A stretch of 64,000 nt of DNA from Candidatus Omnitrophota bacterium. Lineage in GTDB: Bacteria > Omnitrophota > Gorgyraeia > Gygaellales > Profunditerraquicolaceae. Below, piece by piece: positions 37,081 to 46,840 of this stretch. The notes under the pieces were generated by a model. That model searched no databases. It had not been told where the DNA came from and worked only from the letters and a program-made list of their open reading frames with translations. The stretch lies in NCBI GenBank assembly GCA_026387335.1, contig JAPLLX010000003.1, positions 74,230 through 138,229 on the forward strand, written 5' to 3'. Each line of letters begins with the position of its first letter. Positions within the stretch are counted from its first letter, which is position 1. The position numbers were made by a program, and so were the translations under genes.

Positions 37081-39125
37081 AGCTTTCTGGCTATCTTCTC
37101 GATTTCATAGCCCTCAATAACATCGCCTTCCATCATCTGATCAAACCCTGCCAGGCTCATCCCGCACTCAAACCCCTCGCCTACTTCCCGGACATCATCC
37201 TTAAATCTCTTTAGTGAAGAAAGTTTACCTTCAAAAACAACCTGGCCGTTTCTGACCAGCTCGATTACGCAATTGCGGGTTAATTTGCCTTTGGTGACAA
37301 AACAACCGGCAATTATTCCGGAACGCGATAATTTAAATACCTTCCTGATATCAGCTTTTCCTAGTAATATTTTCTTTAGCTTCGGCTCAAGCATGCCTTC
37401 AATAGCCGCTTTTATATCGTTAGCCAACTCATAGATAATGCTGTAAGTTTTAACATCTATGCCTTCCTTACTTACCAGATCGCGGGCCAGGTCATCCATG
37501 TCTACATTAAACCCGAGGATCAAAGCATTGGAGGCCATCGCCAGGATAACGTCAGAGTTATTGATGTTGCCGCAGCCGGTGTGGATAAAATCCAACTTGA
37601 TCTCTGAGACGTTCAATTTATTCAAAGTTTCTTTGATCGCCTCCAGAGAACCCTGCACATCCGCTTTGATAATGAGTTTTAATTCCTTGATCTTGCCCTC
37701 CAGTATCTGGGCGTGTAAATCCTCCAGGCTTATATGCTTAATTGACTTTATCAGCTGTAGTTTTTCTTTTTCCAGCCGAGCCATTGCCAGCTCCTTAGCT
37801 TGTTTCTCATCGGCGATAGCAAAGAACTGCTCTCCGGCTGCCGGAACCCCGGATATGCCTAATACCTCTACCGGAACCGACGGAGTAGCGTGAGTCACGG
37901 CTTGAGCGTGATCATTAAACATCGCCCGGATCTTACCGTAAAAATTTCCCACAATAATATTCTCATTTAAATGCAGCGTCCCGTTCTGAACCAGTAAAGT
38001 AGCGACCGGGCCCCTTCCTTTAGACATCTCAGCCTCAATGACTACTCCCTTAGCTAAGCGGTTAGGATTAGCTTTTAACTCCAGCATCTGGGCTTCCAGA
38101 ATAATCATCTCCAGTAGATTATCAATACCCTGGCCGGTCTTGGCCGATACAGGGACAATAATTGTTTTTCCGCCCCAGTCTTCGGGGTTTAAATCCTGTT
38201 TGGCCAACTGTTTTTTGACTATATCTATATCTACTCCGGTCTTATCAATTTTATTAATGGCTACAATTATGGAAACGCCAGCTGCCCGGGCATGGTCTAT
38301 TGCTTCCTGGGTCTGGGGCATTATGCCGTCATCCGCGGCCACCACTAAAACAACTATATCGGTGATACTCGCTCCGCGCGAACGCATAGCGGTAAAAGCC
38401 TCATGGCCCGGAGTATCCAAAAACGTAATCTCTCCGTGCGGCAGGACTACCCTGTACGCTCCGATATGCTGGGTAATGCCGCCATGTTCAGATTCGGCGA
38501 CCTTGGTCTTTCTTATAGCGTCTAATAACGAAGTTTTCCCGTGGTCAACGTGGCCCATGAAAGTGACTACCGGTGAACGGAGTTTTAAATCTTTTGCACC
38601 GTCTTTTATATTATGCACGCTTAGGGCCAGTTCTTCTTCACCGGGAGCTGGCTTAATCTTAAAACGGTACTTTTCGCAAATCTTAGCTACCACTGCTTCA
38701 TCTAAAACCTGGTTTATACCGACCATGATCCGGGAGTCCATAAGGCTTTTAATAATAACCGACGGTTTTTCCTGCAACTTAATGGCCAGGTCCTTAAGGG
38801 TAATGGGAAGCTCCAGCTCTAATTCTTGAAGTTCAATAACCGGCGCGACAGGCGCGACTTTAACCTCAGGTTTAGCTTCAACGGGCTTAACCGGAACTAC
38901 CGGCTCTACCTTAGGGGTTACTTTAGGCTCTATTTTGTGAACAACAGGCGCGACAATAGCGCTCTTTTTAACTGGAAGGACTTTCTTAACTATTTTGGGT
39001 TTAACCGCGGCTACGCTTTTCTTAACCGGCTTAATCGCGCTCTTCGCCGGTTTTACTACTTTCTTAACTTTAGGCTTAGCCTCTTTCTTGACTATCTTTT
39101 TCTCTTTTTTTGTCTTAACAACCAT
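37077..39125 (-). CDS. infB: Translation initiation factor IF-2
   Basis: GHVDHGKT, DTPGH, NKID, GFECG; K/V/P-rich N-terminus. Confidence 0.97.
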   Translation of the reverse strand: MVVKTKKEKKIVKKEAKPKVKKVVKPAKSAIKPVKKSVAAVKPKIVKKVLPVKKSAIVAPVVHKIEPKVTPKVEPVVPVKPVEAKPEVKVAPVAPVIELQELELELPITLKDLAIKLQEKPSVIIKSLMDSRIMVGINQVLDEAVVAKICEKYRFKIKPAPGEEELALSVHNIKDGAKDLKLRSPVVTFMGHVDHGKTSLLDAIRKTKVAESEHGGITQHIGAYRVVLPHGEITFLDTPGHEAFTAMRSRGASITDIVVLVVAADDGIMPQTQEAIDHARAAGVSIIVAINKIDKTGVDIDIVKKQLAKQDLNPEDWGGKTIIVPVSAKTGQGIDNLLEMIILEAQMLELKANPNRLAKGVVIEAEMSKGRGPVATLLVQNGTLHLNENIIVGNFYGKIRAMFNDHAQAVTHATPSVPVEVLGISGVPAAGEQFFAIADEKQAKELAMARLEKEKLQLIKSIKHISLEDLHAQILEGKIKELKLIIKADVQGSLEAIKETLNKLNVSEIKLDFIHTGCGNINNSDVILAMASNALILGFNVDMDDLARDLVSKEGIDVKTYSIIYELANDIKAAIEGMLEPKLKKILLGKADIRKVFKLSRSGIIAGCFVTKGKLTRNCVIELVRNGQVVFEGKLSSLKRFKDDVREVGEGFECGMSLAGFDQMMEGDVIEGYEIEKIARKL

Positions 39126-39156
39126 AATCGAGCACCCTCTTCCTGTTTAAATAAAA

Positions 39157-40392
39157 CTATTTTTTACCCTTGGCCGCGGCCATTAATTTCTCGGCTTTTT
39201 TCTCACCTATTCCTTTTATCTTGGTCAAACCTTCTATTTTTGCCGCGAGCAACTCTGCTACGCTATTAATTCCCGCTTCTTTAAGGCTAGCTAAAGTTTT
39301 TTCTCCTATCCCGGATAACTCTTCCAAAGAAATATCCGCCTTCTTCTTTTTCTTTTCTTTCTTAGCCTTCTTTTCCTCCGGCCCGCCGGATAACGCTTCA
39401 GCTGCTTCTTCTTTAGCGGTCTTCGCCTCTTCTTTAGCCGGAGCTCCGGCTGCCGTAGTCTTAGTCCGGATATCTAAATCCCAACCAATGAGTTTAGAGG
39501 CCAGCCGCACATTCTGGCCGTGCTTACCTATAGCTAGCGACAACTGATCATCATCAACGATGACTTCGGCTTTTTGATGTTCTTTATCCAGAGTGATCTG
39601 GGCGACTTTAGCCGGGGAAAGCGCGTTCTTTATATATTCGCGGATATCCTCGTTAAAACGCACGATATCAATTTTCTCTCCGTAAACTTCGTTCACGATG
39701 TTCCTTACGCGGTTACCCCGCATTCCGACGCAGGCTCCCACCGAATCAACTTTATCATTTTTGGAATAAACCGCTATTTTAGTGCGTTCCCCTGCCTGCC
39801 GGGAGATGGCCTTGACCTCGACGATCCCTTCATAAATCTCCGGCACTTCCAGCTCAAAGAGCTTCTTCACCAGAGCCGGGTGCGAGCGCGAAAGAATGAT
39901 CTGCGCGCCCTTGGCATCCTTTTTTACTTCCAATACGTAGGCCCGGACACGCTGGCCCTGCTTAAATTCCTCTTTAGGGGACTGCTCTCTTTTGAGCAAT
40001 ACGCCTTCAGCCTTGCCTAAAAGGTCAATAATAATGTTTCCTTTCTCAAAACGATAAACTGTGCCGCTGACGATTTCGCCTACCCGGCCTTGAAATTCGT
40101 TAAAGATAACGTCTTTTTCCGCTTCGCGCATCTTCTGGATTATTACCTGGCGCGCGGTAGAGGCGGCAATGCGGCCGAAATCAATGGAAGTTATCTCTTC
40201 GGCGTTTTTCCAGGCGCGGATCTTGCCGTTAGAGCGGTCGATCTCGATCTTCAGCTCCTCTTCGGGCTTGACATCAATCACGCGTTTGGCAGCGCTTAAC
40301 ATCGCGCTCTCCACCGCCTGGATTAAAATTTCTTTCTTGATGCCTTTTTCTCTTTCAATTTGTTCGATTATCGCTAACAGTTCCTGACTCAT
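39157..40392 (-). CDS. nusA: Transcription factor NusA
   Basis: FGRIAA, EVPEI, GACVG.RG, AIGK.GQNVRLA; C-terminal HhH. Confidence 0.97.
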   Translation of the reverse strand: MSQELLAIIEQIEREKGIKKEILIQAVESAMLSAAKRVIDVKPEEELKIEIDRSNGKIRAWKNAEEITSIDFGRIAASTARQVIIQKMREAEKDVIFNEFQGRVGEIVSGTVYRFEKGNIIIDLLGKAEGVLLKREQSPKEEFKQGQRVRAYVLEVKKDAKGAQIILSRSHPALVKKLFELEVPEIYEGIVEVKAISRQAGERTKIAVYSKNDKVDSVGACVGMRGNRVRNIVNEVYGEKIDIVRFNEDIREYIKNALSPAKVAQITLDKEHQKAEVIVDDDQLSLAIGKHGQNVRLASKLIGWDLDIRTKTTAAGAPAKEEAKTAKEEAAEALSGGPEEKKAKKEKKKKKADISLEELSGIGEKTLASLKEAGINSVAELLAAKIEGLTKIKGIGEKKAEKLMAAAKGKK

Positions 40393-40407
40393 TTTTAATC
40401 TCCGATC

Positions 40408-40866
40408 TTAAATTTCTTGTTTAGCTTTATTGATCTTAACCAAAGGCACTTCGATAAGGCCGTTTCCCGTATCAACAGCTACTACTCCGCTATCCACCTT
40501 ATGCACAACACCTTCCCACTCAAGCTTAGCCTTAATATAATCGTTTAAGAAAAATCTTACCCGCTTGTTTATTGAACGCTTGAAATCATTCTCCGTCTTT
40601 AGATCCCTGTCTAATCCCGGAGAAGACACTTCCAGAATAAACCTGTTCTCTAAAATATTCTTTTCATCCAGGATAGCGCCTAATTCGCGGTTTAAGCCGG
40701 CGCACTCATCCAGGGTTATCCCGCCGTTAAACTTATCCACCAGGACCCGCAAAAATAAATCCCGGCCTTCATATCTATAGATAAGCTCAACAAAATCTAA
40801 ATTCCGCTCTCTAAGAAAACCCTCTAAGAAAGCCTTAAAGTCGTTGATTAAAACTTCCCTATCCAT
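40408..40866 (-). CDS. rimP: Ribosome maturation factor RimP
   Basis: GITLDEC, LEVSSPGLDR; precedes nusA. Confidence 0.95.
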   Translation of the reverse strand: MDREVLINDFKAFLEGFLRERNLDFVELIYRYEGRDLFLRVLVDKFNGGITLDECAGLNRELGAILDEKNILENRFILEVSSPGLDRDLKTENDFKRSINKRVRFFLNDYIKAKLEWEGVVHKVDSGVVAVDTGNGLIEVPLVKINKAKQEI

Positions 40867-42040
40867 TTACAAGCCTTACTATCTCTTTAAATGCCTCATC
40901 AACAGGCTTAATTATTTTTTCTTTGGACGATCTAACCTTAAATTCCAGTGTGCCGTCCTTAAGCGAATTCTTTCCGACGATTACCTGTAACGGAATACCC
41001 AGAAGGTCAGCATCCTTAAATTTAACCCCGGCCCTCTCGTCCCGGTCATCCAGAAGCGTTTCTATCCCGGCTGATTTTAATTTCTGATAAACATTACTAG
41101 CCAGATCCATAATATTTTTATCCCCGGAGTCTAAAACTAAAATCAGGACTTTATAAGGAGCCAATTCTAGAGGCCAGATAATACCGTCCGCGTCATTATT
41201 CTGCTCGATTACTGCTGAAATCAGCCGGGATACGCCTATGCCATAGCAACCCATGATTATCGGCTGCAGCTTTCCGCTTGCGTCCAGAAAATTCGCGCCT
41301 AAAGCCGCGCTGTATTTTGTCCCCAGTTTAAATATGTGGCCGACCTCGATGGCGTTGACTTTTTCCGCGCCGACCGTAACTACATCCTCGCCGTCTTTGG
41401 CCGGGACCATAAATTCGTGCGAAACTTTACCGCCCATCACCCCAGGATCAGCTTCAGTAGTAATAATATTTAAGCCGCATCTTTTAAATATTCTTAAGTA
41501 GGCCGCGTGCATCGCCTGATAATTCTTATCTAAACCCGCCTCGTCTTGATCAAAACTATAGGCGTCTTTCATAATAAATTCGCACGAACGGATCAACCCG
41601 AAGCGCGGCCGCAGCTCATCGCGGAATTTAGTCTGGATCTGATACAAAACCAGCGGAAGCTGCTTGTAACTGGAAACGTGAGCCCTGACCAGATCCGTGA
41701 TCACCTCTTCGTGCGTCGGGCCCAAACATATTTTTCTGCCCCGGCGGTCGGTAAATTTAATCATCACCTCGCCTAAATCCTTATCCCGGCCTGAACGCTG
41801 CCACAATTCCAACGGCTGTAACGCCGGTAACAATAATTCCGCCGCGTCGCAGGAATTCATCTCCTGGCGGATAATCTTCTTTAAATTCTGGAGCACCTTT
41901 AATCCCAAAGGAAGATAAGAATAGCTGCCAGCCATAAGCATACGCGCCAGGCCCGCGCGCAGCAATAGCTTATGCGCGACAGATTCCGCTTCTTGGGGGG
42001 ATTCTTTTAAGGTCGGAATAAAAGTCTTTGACCAAAGCAT
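40859..42040 (-). CDS. proS: Proline--tRNA ligase, short form without editing domain
   Basis: PTHEE, FRDE.RPRFG..R..EF.MKD.YS, EVGHIF.LG, MGCYGIG. Confidence 0.96.
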   Translation of the reverse strand: MLWSKTFIPTLKESPQEAESVAHKLLLRAGLARMLMAGSYSYLPLGLKVLQNLKKIIRQEMNSCDAAELLLPALQPLELWQRSGRDKDLGEVMIKFTDRRGRKICLGPTHEEVITDLVRAHVSSYKQLPLVLYQIQTKFRDELRPRFGLIRSCEFIMKDAYSFDQDEAGLDKNYQAMHAAYLRIFKRCGLNIITTEADPGVMGGKVSHEFMVPAKDGEDVVTVGAEKVNAIEVGHIFKLGTKYSAALGANFLDASGKLQPIIMGCYGIGVSRLISAVIEQNNDADGIIWPLELAPYKVLILVLDSGDKNIMDLASNVYQKLKSAGIETLLDDRDERAGVKFKDADLLGIPLQVIVGKNSLKDGTLEFKVRSSKEKIIKPVDEAFKEIVRLVNG

Positions 42041-42041
42041 C

Positions 42042-43100
42042 TTATTTAGCGATCTCCTTTAATAAAACATCCACGCAATCAGCATAGGCTACTTTTTTTA
42101 CGGGTTTGCCCTTCTTAAATAACAGGCCGGCGCTCTTTCCAAAGGCTACCCCGATATCCGCTTCTTTTGCTTCTCCCGGGCCGTTTACTACACAGCCCAT
42201 TACAGCTATTCTTAAAGCCTTACGGGATTTTGGTCCCAAAGTCATTGCCGCTAACTTTTCTTCCAATTCTCTTACAATCTTGACTAAATCTACTGCGCAA
42301 CGGCCGCAGGTCGGACAGCTTATTATGCTAGGCCCGAATTTCCGCAAGCCCAATGACTCTAAAATAACCTTGGCCGCATAAACTTCCCGAACCGGGATAT
42401 CCGTCAGGGATACCCTTATTGTATCACCAATCCCGCCTAATAGCAAAGACCCTAAGGCGACGCTGGACTTGATCGCTCCGGCAAACGGAGAGCCTGTCGC
42501 GGTGACTCCCAGATGCAACGGATAATCGCAAAGCCCGGATAGTTTATTATAAGCGCTGACAGTATCCAAAACATTGGAAGCCTTTAAAGAAACAACAATA
42601 TTATAAAATTTAAATCCTTCCACTATTCTTATATATTCCAGCGCGCTCTTAACTAATTTATCCGCCGCGCTCTTAGAGCGCAAATCCCTGACTGAACCGG
42701 AGTTTAATCCGATACGTAAAGGTATCTTAGCGGCTTTTAGGCCGGCTACTACCTCCCGGATCTCTTCTTTCTTGTAAATATTCCCCGGATTAAGCCTTAT
42801 TTTATCTACTCCGCTCTCTATCGCTTCCAGGGCCAGACGATAATCAAAATGAATATCCGCGACTAGCGGTAGCTTAGCTTCTCGCTTAATTTTCTTCAAA
42901 GAGCGGGCATCCTGAATATCTTTAACGGCCAGCCGCACGATCTCACAGCCGGCATTTTCCAACTCGCGGATCTGCTTTAAAACTTTGTCAATATCAGCAG
43001 TCCGGCATTTAGTCATTGACTGTATGGCTACGGGGTTATTCCCGCCGATAAGCAGGTTCCCTATTTTTATTACTCTGGATTTTCTTCTTTTAATCTGCAT
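42042..43100 (-). CDS. ispG: HMBPP synthase
   Basis: QSMT, ADIHF, RLNPGN, GDTIRVSL, CPTCGR, MGCVVNGPGE. Confidence 0.97.
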   Translation of the reverse strand: MQIKRRKSRVIKIGNLLIGGNNPVAIQSMTKCRTADIDKVLKQIRELENAGCEIVRLAVKDIQDARSLKKIKREAKLPLVADIHFDYRLALEAIESGVDKIRLNPGNIYKKEEIREVVAGLKAAKIPLRIGLNSGSVRDLRSKSAADKLVKSALEYIRIVEGFKFYNIVVSLKASNVLDTVSAYNKLSGLCDYPLHLGVTATGSPFAGAIKSSVALGSLLLGGIGDTIRVSLTDIPVREVYAAKVILESLGLRKFGPSIISCPTCGRCAVDLVKIVRELEEKLAAMTLGPKSRKALRIAVMGCVVNGPGEAKEADIGVAFGKSAGLLFKKGKPVKKVAYADCVDVLLKEIAK

Positions 43101-43102
43101 AT

Positions 43103-44182
43103 CTATTTTATCAGTTTGGCCAGCTTATCCCCGAAATTCCTGACTATATCATTGTAAGTCACAAAAATTACCAGAAACATAATAAAACTTAAGCCTATCT
43201 TATTAATGATATCATCGGCCTTAATGCTTAAGACCTTGCCTCTTATCTTCTCTAAAGCTAAAAGCGCGATATGCCCGCCATCCAGTATAGGCAAAGGCAA
43301 AAGATTAAAAACAGCTAAACTCAAACTTAAGACGGCCATTAAATGCAAGACGGCGATGATCCCCAGTTGAGCGGCTTTAGAAGTAATAAAAAATATCCCC
43401 AGCGGCCCGGTCATGGATTCGCGCATCGATAAACTGCCGGTAACCAGACGGCCTAACGCCTTATAAGTCATAATGGTCAGGCTCCAGGTTTTACTTAAAC
43501 CCAGGCCGAATGATTCCCCAAAACCGTGCCTTACCTTGATTATCTCATCAAAAGGAGTGATGCCTAAAAGGCTTAGTTTATGTTTCTGGCCTGCCTGATC
43601 CTCTAAAACCTCTTCCTTAAGTTTGACCTTGACTGAGAGTTCCTTACCGGCTCTAAGCAAAGAGACATTTACTGAAGCCGCTCCTTTTTTGGAATAAATC
43701 ACTTTTTGCAGGTCTTCCCAATTCTCGGTTTTCTCTCCCTCTATGGAAGTGATCTTATCGCCGACCATCAGCCCCGCTTCTTTGGCCCCGAAATTATCGA
43801 TCAACCCGCCGACTTTTGTACTCAGCGTTGGGTACCCGACAAAGAAAATCATCCAAAAAAGCAAAATACTTAAAACATAATTAAGCAAAGGACCGAAAAA
43901 TATTATCCAAAAACGCTTTCCCGGAGCTTTAGAAAAATATTCGTCGGGTTTACCGCTATATTCCGCTAAATTATCTCCGGCCAGCTTGACAAACCCTCCT
44001 AAAGGGATCGCGCTTAGGCTATACTCCGTGTCGTTTTTCTTCTTACGGAATAAGACTTTGCCAAAGCCCAGAGAAAACTGTTCAACGCGCACTCCCATTT
44101 TCTTGGCGATAATAAAATGCCCGAATTCATGGACCACGATTAAAACGCTTAAAATAAACAGAAATATTATTAAAGTAACCAT
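43103..44182 (-). CDS. rseP: RIP metalloprotease RseP
   Basis: HEFGH, PDZ domain, NLLPLP.LDGG. Confidence 0.96.
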   Translation of the reverse strand: MVTLIIFLFILSVLIVVHEFGHFIIAKKMGVRVEQFSLGFGKVLFRKKKNDTEYSLSAIPLGGFVKLAGDNLAEYSGKPDEYFSKAPGKRFWIIFFGPLLNYVLSILLFWMIFFVGYPTLSTKVGGLIDNFGAKEAGLMVGDKITSIEGEKTENWEDLQKVIYSKKGAASVNVSLLRAGKELSVKVKLKEEVLEDQAGQKHKLSLLGITPFDEIIKVRHGFGESFGLGLSKTWSLTIMTYKALGRLVTGSLSMRESMTGPLGIFFITSKAAQLGIIAVLHLMAVLSLSLAVFNLLPLPILDGGHIALLALEKIRGKVLSIKADDIINKIGLSFIMFLVIFVTYNDIVRNFGDKLAKLIK

Positions 44183-44185
44183 AAT

Positions 44186-45340
44186 TTAATTTAACCTCGC
44201 CATCACCTTACGCGCTTGGACCCTGGCCCATTTATCCGCTTCCCAGATATCGCCTAATACGGGATTAGGCTTATTTCTATGCGCCCGCATGACCTTTTGC
44301 ACAACTTCGGCTATATGCATAAATTTCAATTTCTCTTTTAAGAATTCCGCGACAGCTACTTCATTCGCGGCGTTTAAAACGCAGGGCAGCGTGCCTAATT
44401 CCCGGGCAGCCTCGTAGGCTAAACTTAAACAGGGAAATTTCAGGCAATCCGGTTTTTCAAAATGTAACCCGCCGACCTTACAGAAATCTATTCCGCCTAA
44501 CGGGCTTCTCAGTCTCTCTGGGTAAGCCAGGGCGTATTGAATAGGGATACGCATATCGGTAACGGATAACTGCGCGATTATTACTCCGTCAATAAATTCT
44601 ACCATCGAATGGACCAAGGCTTCCGGATGAACCAGCACTTTAATTTTAGGAACATCCACCCCGAATAAAAACATCGCCTCCAACAACTCTAATCCCTTAT
44701 TCATCAGGGTCGCCGAATCCACGCTTATCTTCTTACCCATCTTCCATCTGGGATGCGCCAGCACTTCCTTTAAACGGATTCTTTTTAAGGCCTGCTTGCT
44801 TAATTTACGTAAAGGCCCCCCGGAAGCCGTAAGATAAATATTTTTAAGGCTGCCTCTATCTTCATCCTTAAGGCACTGCCAGATTGCCGACTGCTCGCTA
44901 TCAACAGGTATGATCCTGACCTTTTTTCTAGCGCTTAAGCGCGTAATCAGCGGACCGGCCATAACCAACGCTTCTTTATTGGCCAGGGCAATATCCTTGC
45001 CGCTATCTATGGCGCTTAAAAGCGGCGCCAGCGCGGGTGAGCCGCTTATGGCAAACATTACCTGGTCTATCCGCTTATCCTTGACTAACGCCTCCAGGCC
45101 CTCCGAGCCGGTAAAGACCTTGACCCCGGGCTTGATCATTTTGGAAAGAGCCAGCGCCCGCGCCTTATCGTTCACACAAACACAAGCGGGAGCAAATTCT
45201 TTTATCTGCCTGGATAATTTATCTATATCCGCATTGGCGCTTAAGGCCGTGACCTTAAATTTATCGGGGAAATTACGGATGACCTTAAGCGTATTCTCTC
45301 CGACTGAACCGGTCGAACCCAGTATCGCGATATTCTTCAT
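44186..45340 (-). CDS. dxr: 1-deoxy-D-xylulose-5-phosphate reductoisomerase
   Basis: LGSTGS.G, ANKE, PVDSE, TASGG, HP.W.MG.KI. Confidence 0.97.
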   Translation of the reverse strand: MKNIAILGSTGSVGENTLKVIRNFPDKFKVTALSANADIDKLSRQIKEFAPACVCVNDKARALALSKMIKPGVKVFTGSEGLEALVKDKRIDQVMFAISGSPALAPLLSAIDSGKDIALANKEALVMAGPLITRLSARKKVRIIPVDSEQSAIWQCLKDEDRGSLKNIYLTASGGPLRKLSKQALKRIRLKEVLAHPRWKMGKKISVDSATLMNKGLELLEAMFLFGVDVPKIKVLVHPEALVHSMVEFIDGVIIAQLSVTDMRIPIQYALAYPERLRSPLGGIDFCKVGGLHFEKPDCLKFPCLSLAYEAARELGTLPCVLNAANEVAVAEFLKEKLKFMHIAEVVQKVMRAHRNKPNPVLGDIWEADKWARVQARKVMARLN

Positions 45341-46128
45341 CTAAGGACTACGCTCATATAGAAATAAAAAACAGGAGCGACAAAAAGCAGGCTGTCGATC
45401 TCATCCAGCACTCCGCCCATCCCGGGGAATATTTTCCCTGAATCTTTTACTTCGCAATCCCGTTTGATTAAAGATTCAGAGAGGTCCCCTAACTGACCCA
45501 ATAAACCCATGCAGATACCTAGAACAATAAGATGCGCATACCCAAACCCTAAGAAGGGTTTGCAGATCAGAGCCGTAAGGATATTAAAAATCAACCCGCC
45601 GAAAAAACCTTCCACGGTCTTCTTGGGGCTAATACGCGGCAGAAGCGGAGTCTTGCCGAAACGGCTTCCGATAAGATAGGCGCCTATATCGCCGGACTTG
45701 GTGATCAATAAGACTACGGCTAAAAGGCCCAAACCCCCTTCCAGATACCTTATCTTAATCAGGAAACTAAAAAACCAGGAGACATAAATTATGCCGAATA
45801 TAGTAGTGGAGATATCCACTATAGCCCCGGTGTTACGCCGGCGCTTAAATTGCATAAGAATAAGGAATAACAGGGCCAAAAGAATAAACAGGAATTCCCA
45901 GCCGCGGGTGAGCTCAAAACGAAACATAATGGATAATGGAATGACTATCCCTAAGCCTATACCGAAATATTTATAAGCGCTTATCCCTTTCTTATCCAGC
46001 ATACTGAAAAATTCATAGAGCCCCCCGATAATAAAAAGGGTAACGACTAACCCACAGAGCCAGTCAATAAATATCACGCCGATGATCATACTGATCAGCA
46101 AAATAGAGGTAACTATCCTTTTAGTCAT
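45337..46128 (-). CDS. cdsA: Phosphatidate cytidylyltransferase
   Basis: SPKKT.EG, GDL.ES..KR...KDSG..PG.GG; start reset to ATG 46128 after GGAGG. Confidence 0.95.
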   Translation of the reverse strand: MTKRIVTSILLISMIIGVIFIDWLCGLVVTLFIIGGLYEFFSMLDKKGISAYKYFGIGLGIVIPLSIMFRFELTRGWEFLFILLALLFLILMQFKRRRNTGAIVDISTTIFGIIYVSWFFSFLIKIRYLEGGLGLLAVVLLITKSGDIGAYLIGSRFGKTPLLPRISPKKTVEGFFGGLIFNILTALICKPFLGFGYAHLIVLGICMGLLGQLGDLSESLIKRDCEVKDSGKIFPGMGGVLDEIDSLLFVAPVFYFYMSVVLR

Positions 46129-46129
46129 A

Positions 46130-46840
46130 TTATAAACCTCCAAACCTTCTCTCTCTTGATTGATATTCTTTGACTGCTTCTCTTAAATCCTCGGCGCCGA
46201 AATCCGGCCAGAGTTTTTTGGGAAAATATAACTCGGCGTAAGAAAGCTGCCAGAGTAGAAAATTGCTTAGGCGTAATTCTCCGCTGGAACGTATAAGCAG
46301 GTCGGGGTCAGGCAAATCATGGGTATAAAGGTAACGGCTAAACATTTTTTCATCCAGGGCATTTATATCCGCTTTAGAACGCGTTACATCTGCGGCAAAC
46401 GACTTGGCCGCGTCTACTATCTCCTGGCGGGAGCCGTAATTTAAGGCCAGCACAACGGTAAGGCCGGTATTATCCTTGGTTTTTTGCTCTGCCTCTTTTA
46501 TCTTTTTCTGGATAGCTGCAGGCAAGGGCGCGGCCCGGCCAATAGCCCGAAAACGGATATTCTTTTTGTGCATATCCGCTATTTCCGAGCCTAAGAAATT
46601 ATTCAAGTAGCGCATTAAAACACTGATCTCTCTTTGGGGCCTGGACCAGTTCTCGGAAGAAAAAGCAAAAAAAGTTAAAACTTTAATGCCCGACTCTGCC
46701 GCTTCTTTAACGATCTCCCTGACTCTTTTTATTCCTTCCCGATGCCCCGCAGTGCGCGAAAGAGAGCGCGCCTTTGCCCAGCGGCCATTGCCGTCCATAA
46801 TAATAGCTACGTGCTTAGGTATACTATTTTTATCTATCAC
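46130..46840 (-). CDS. uppS: Undecaprenyl diphosphate synthase
   Basis: IMDGNGRWA, FSSENW.R, DLLIR.SGE.R.SNFLLWQ. Confidence 0.97.
   Translation of the reverse strand: MIDKNSIPKHVAIIMDGNGRWAKARSLSRTAGHREGIKRVREIVKEAAESGIKVLTFFAFSSENWSRPQREISVLMRYLNNFLGSEIADMHKKNIRFRAIGRAAPLPAAIQKKIKEAEQKTKDNTGLTVVLALNYGSRQEIVDAAKSFAADVTRSKADINALDEKMFSRYLYTHDLPDPDLLIRSSGELRLSNFLLWQLSYAELYFPKKLWPDFGAEDLREAVKEYQSRERRFGGL

Noticed and set aside
38820-39125. K/V/P-rich repeats at the IF-2 N-terminus as a separate element
   Set aside because: In frame with infB; low-complexity variable N-termini are usual for IF-2
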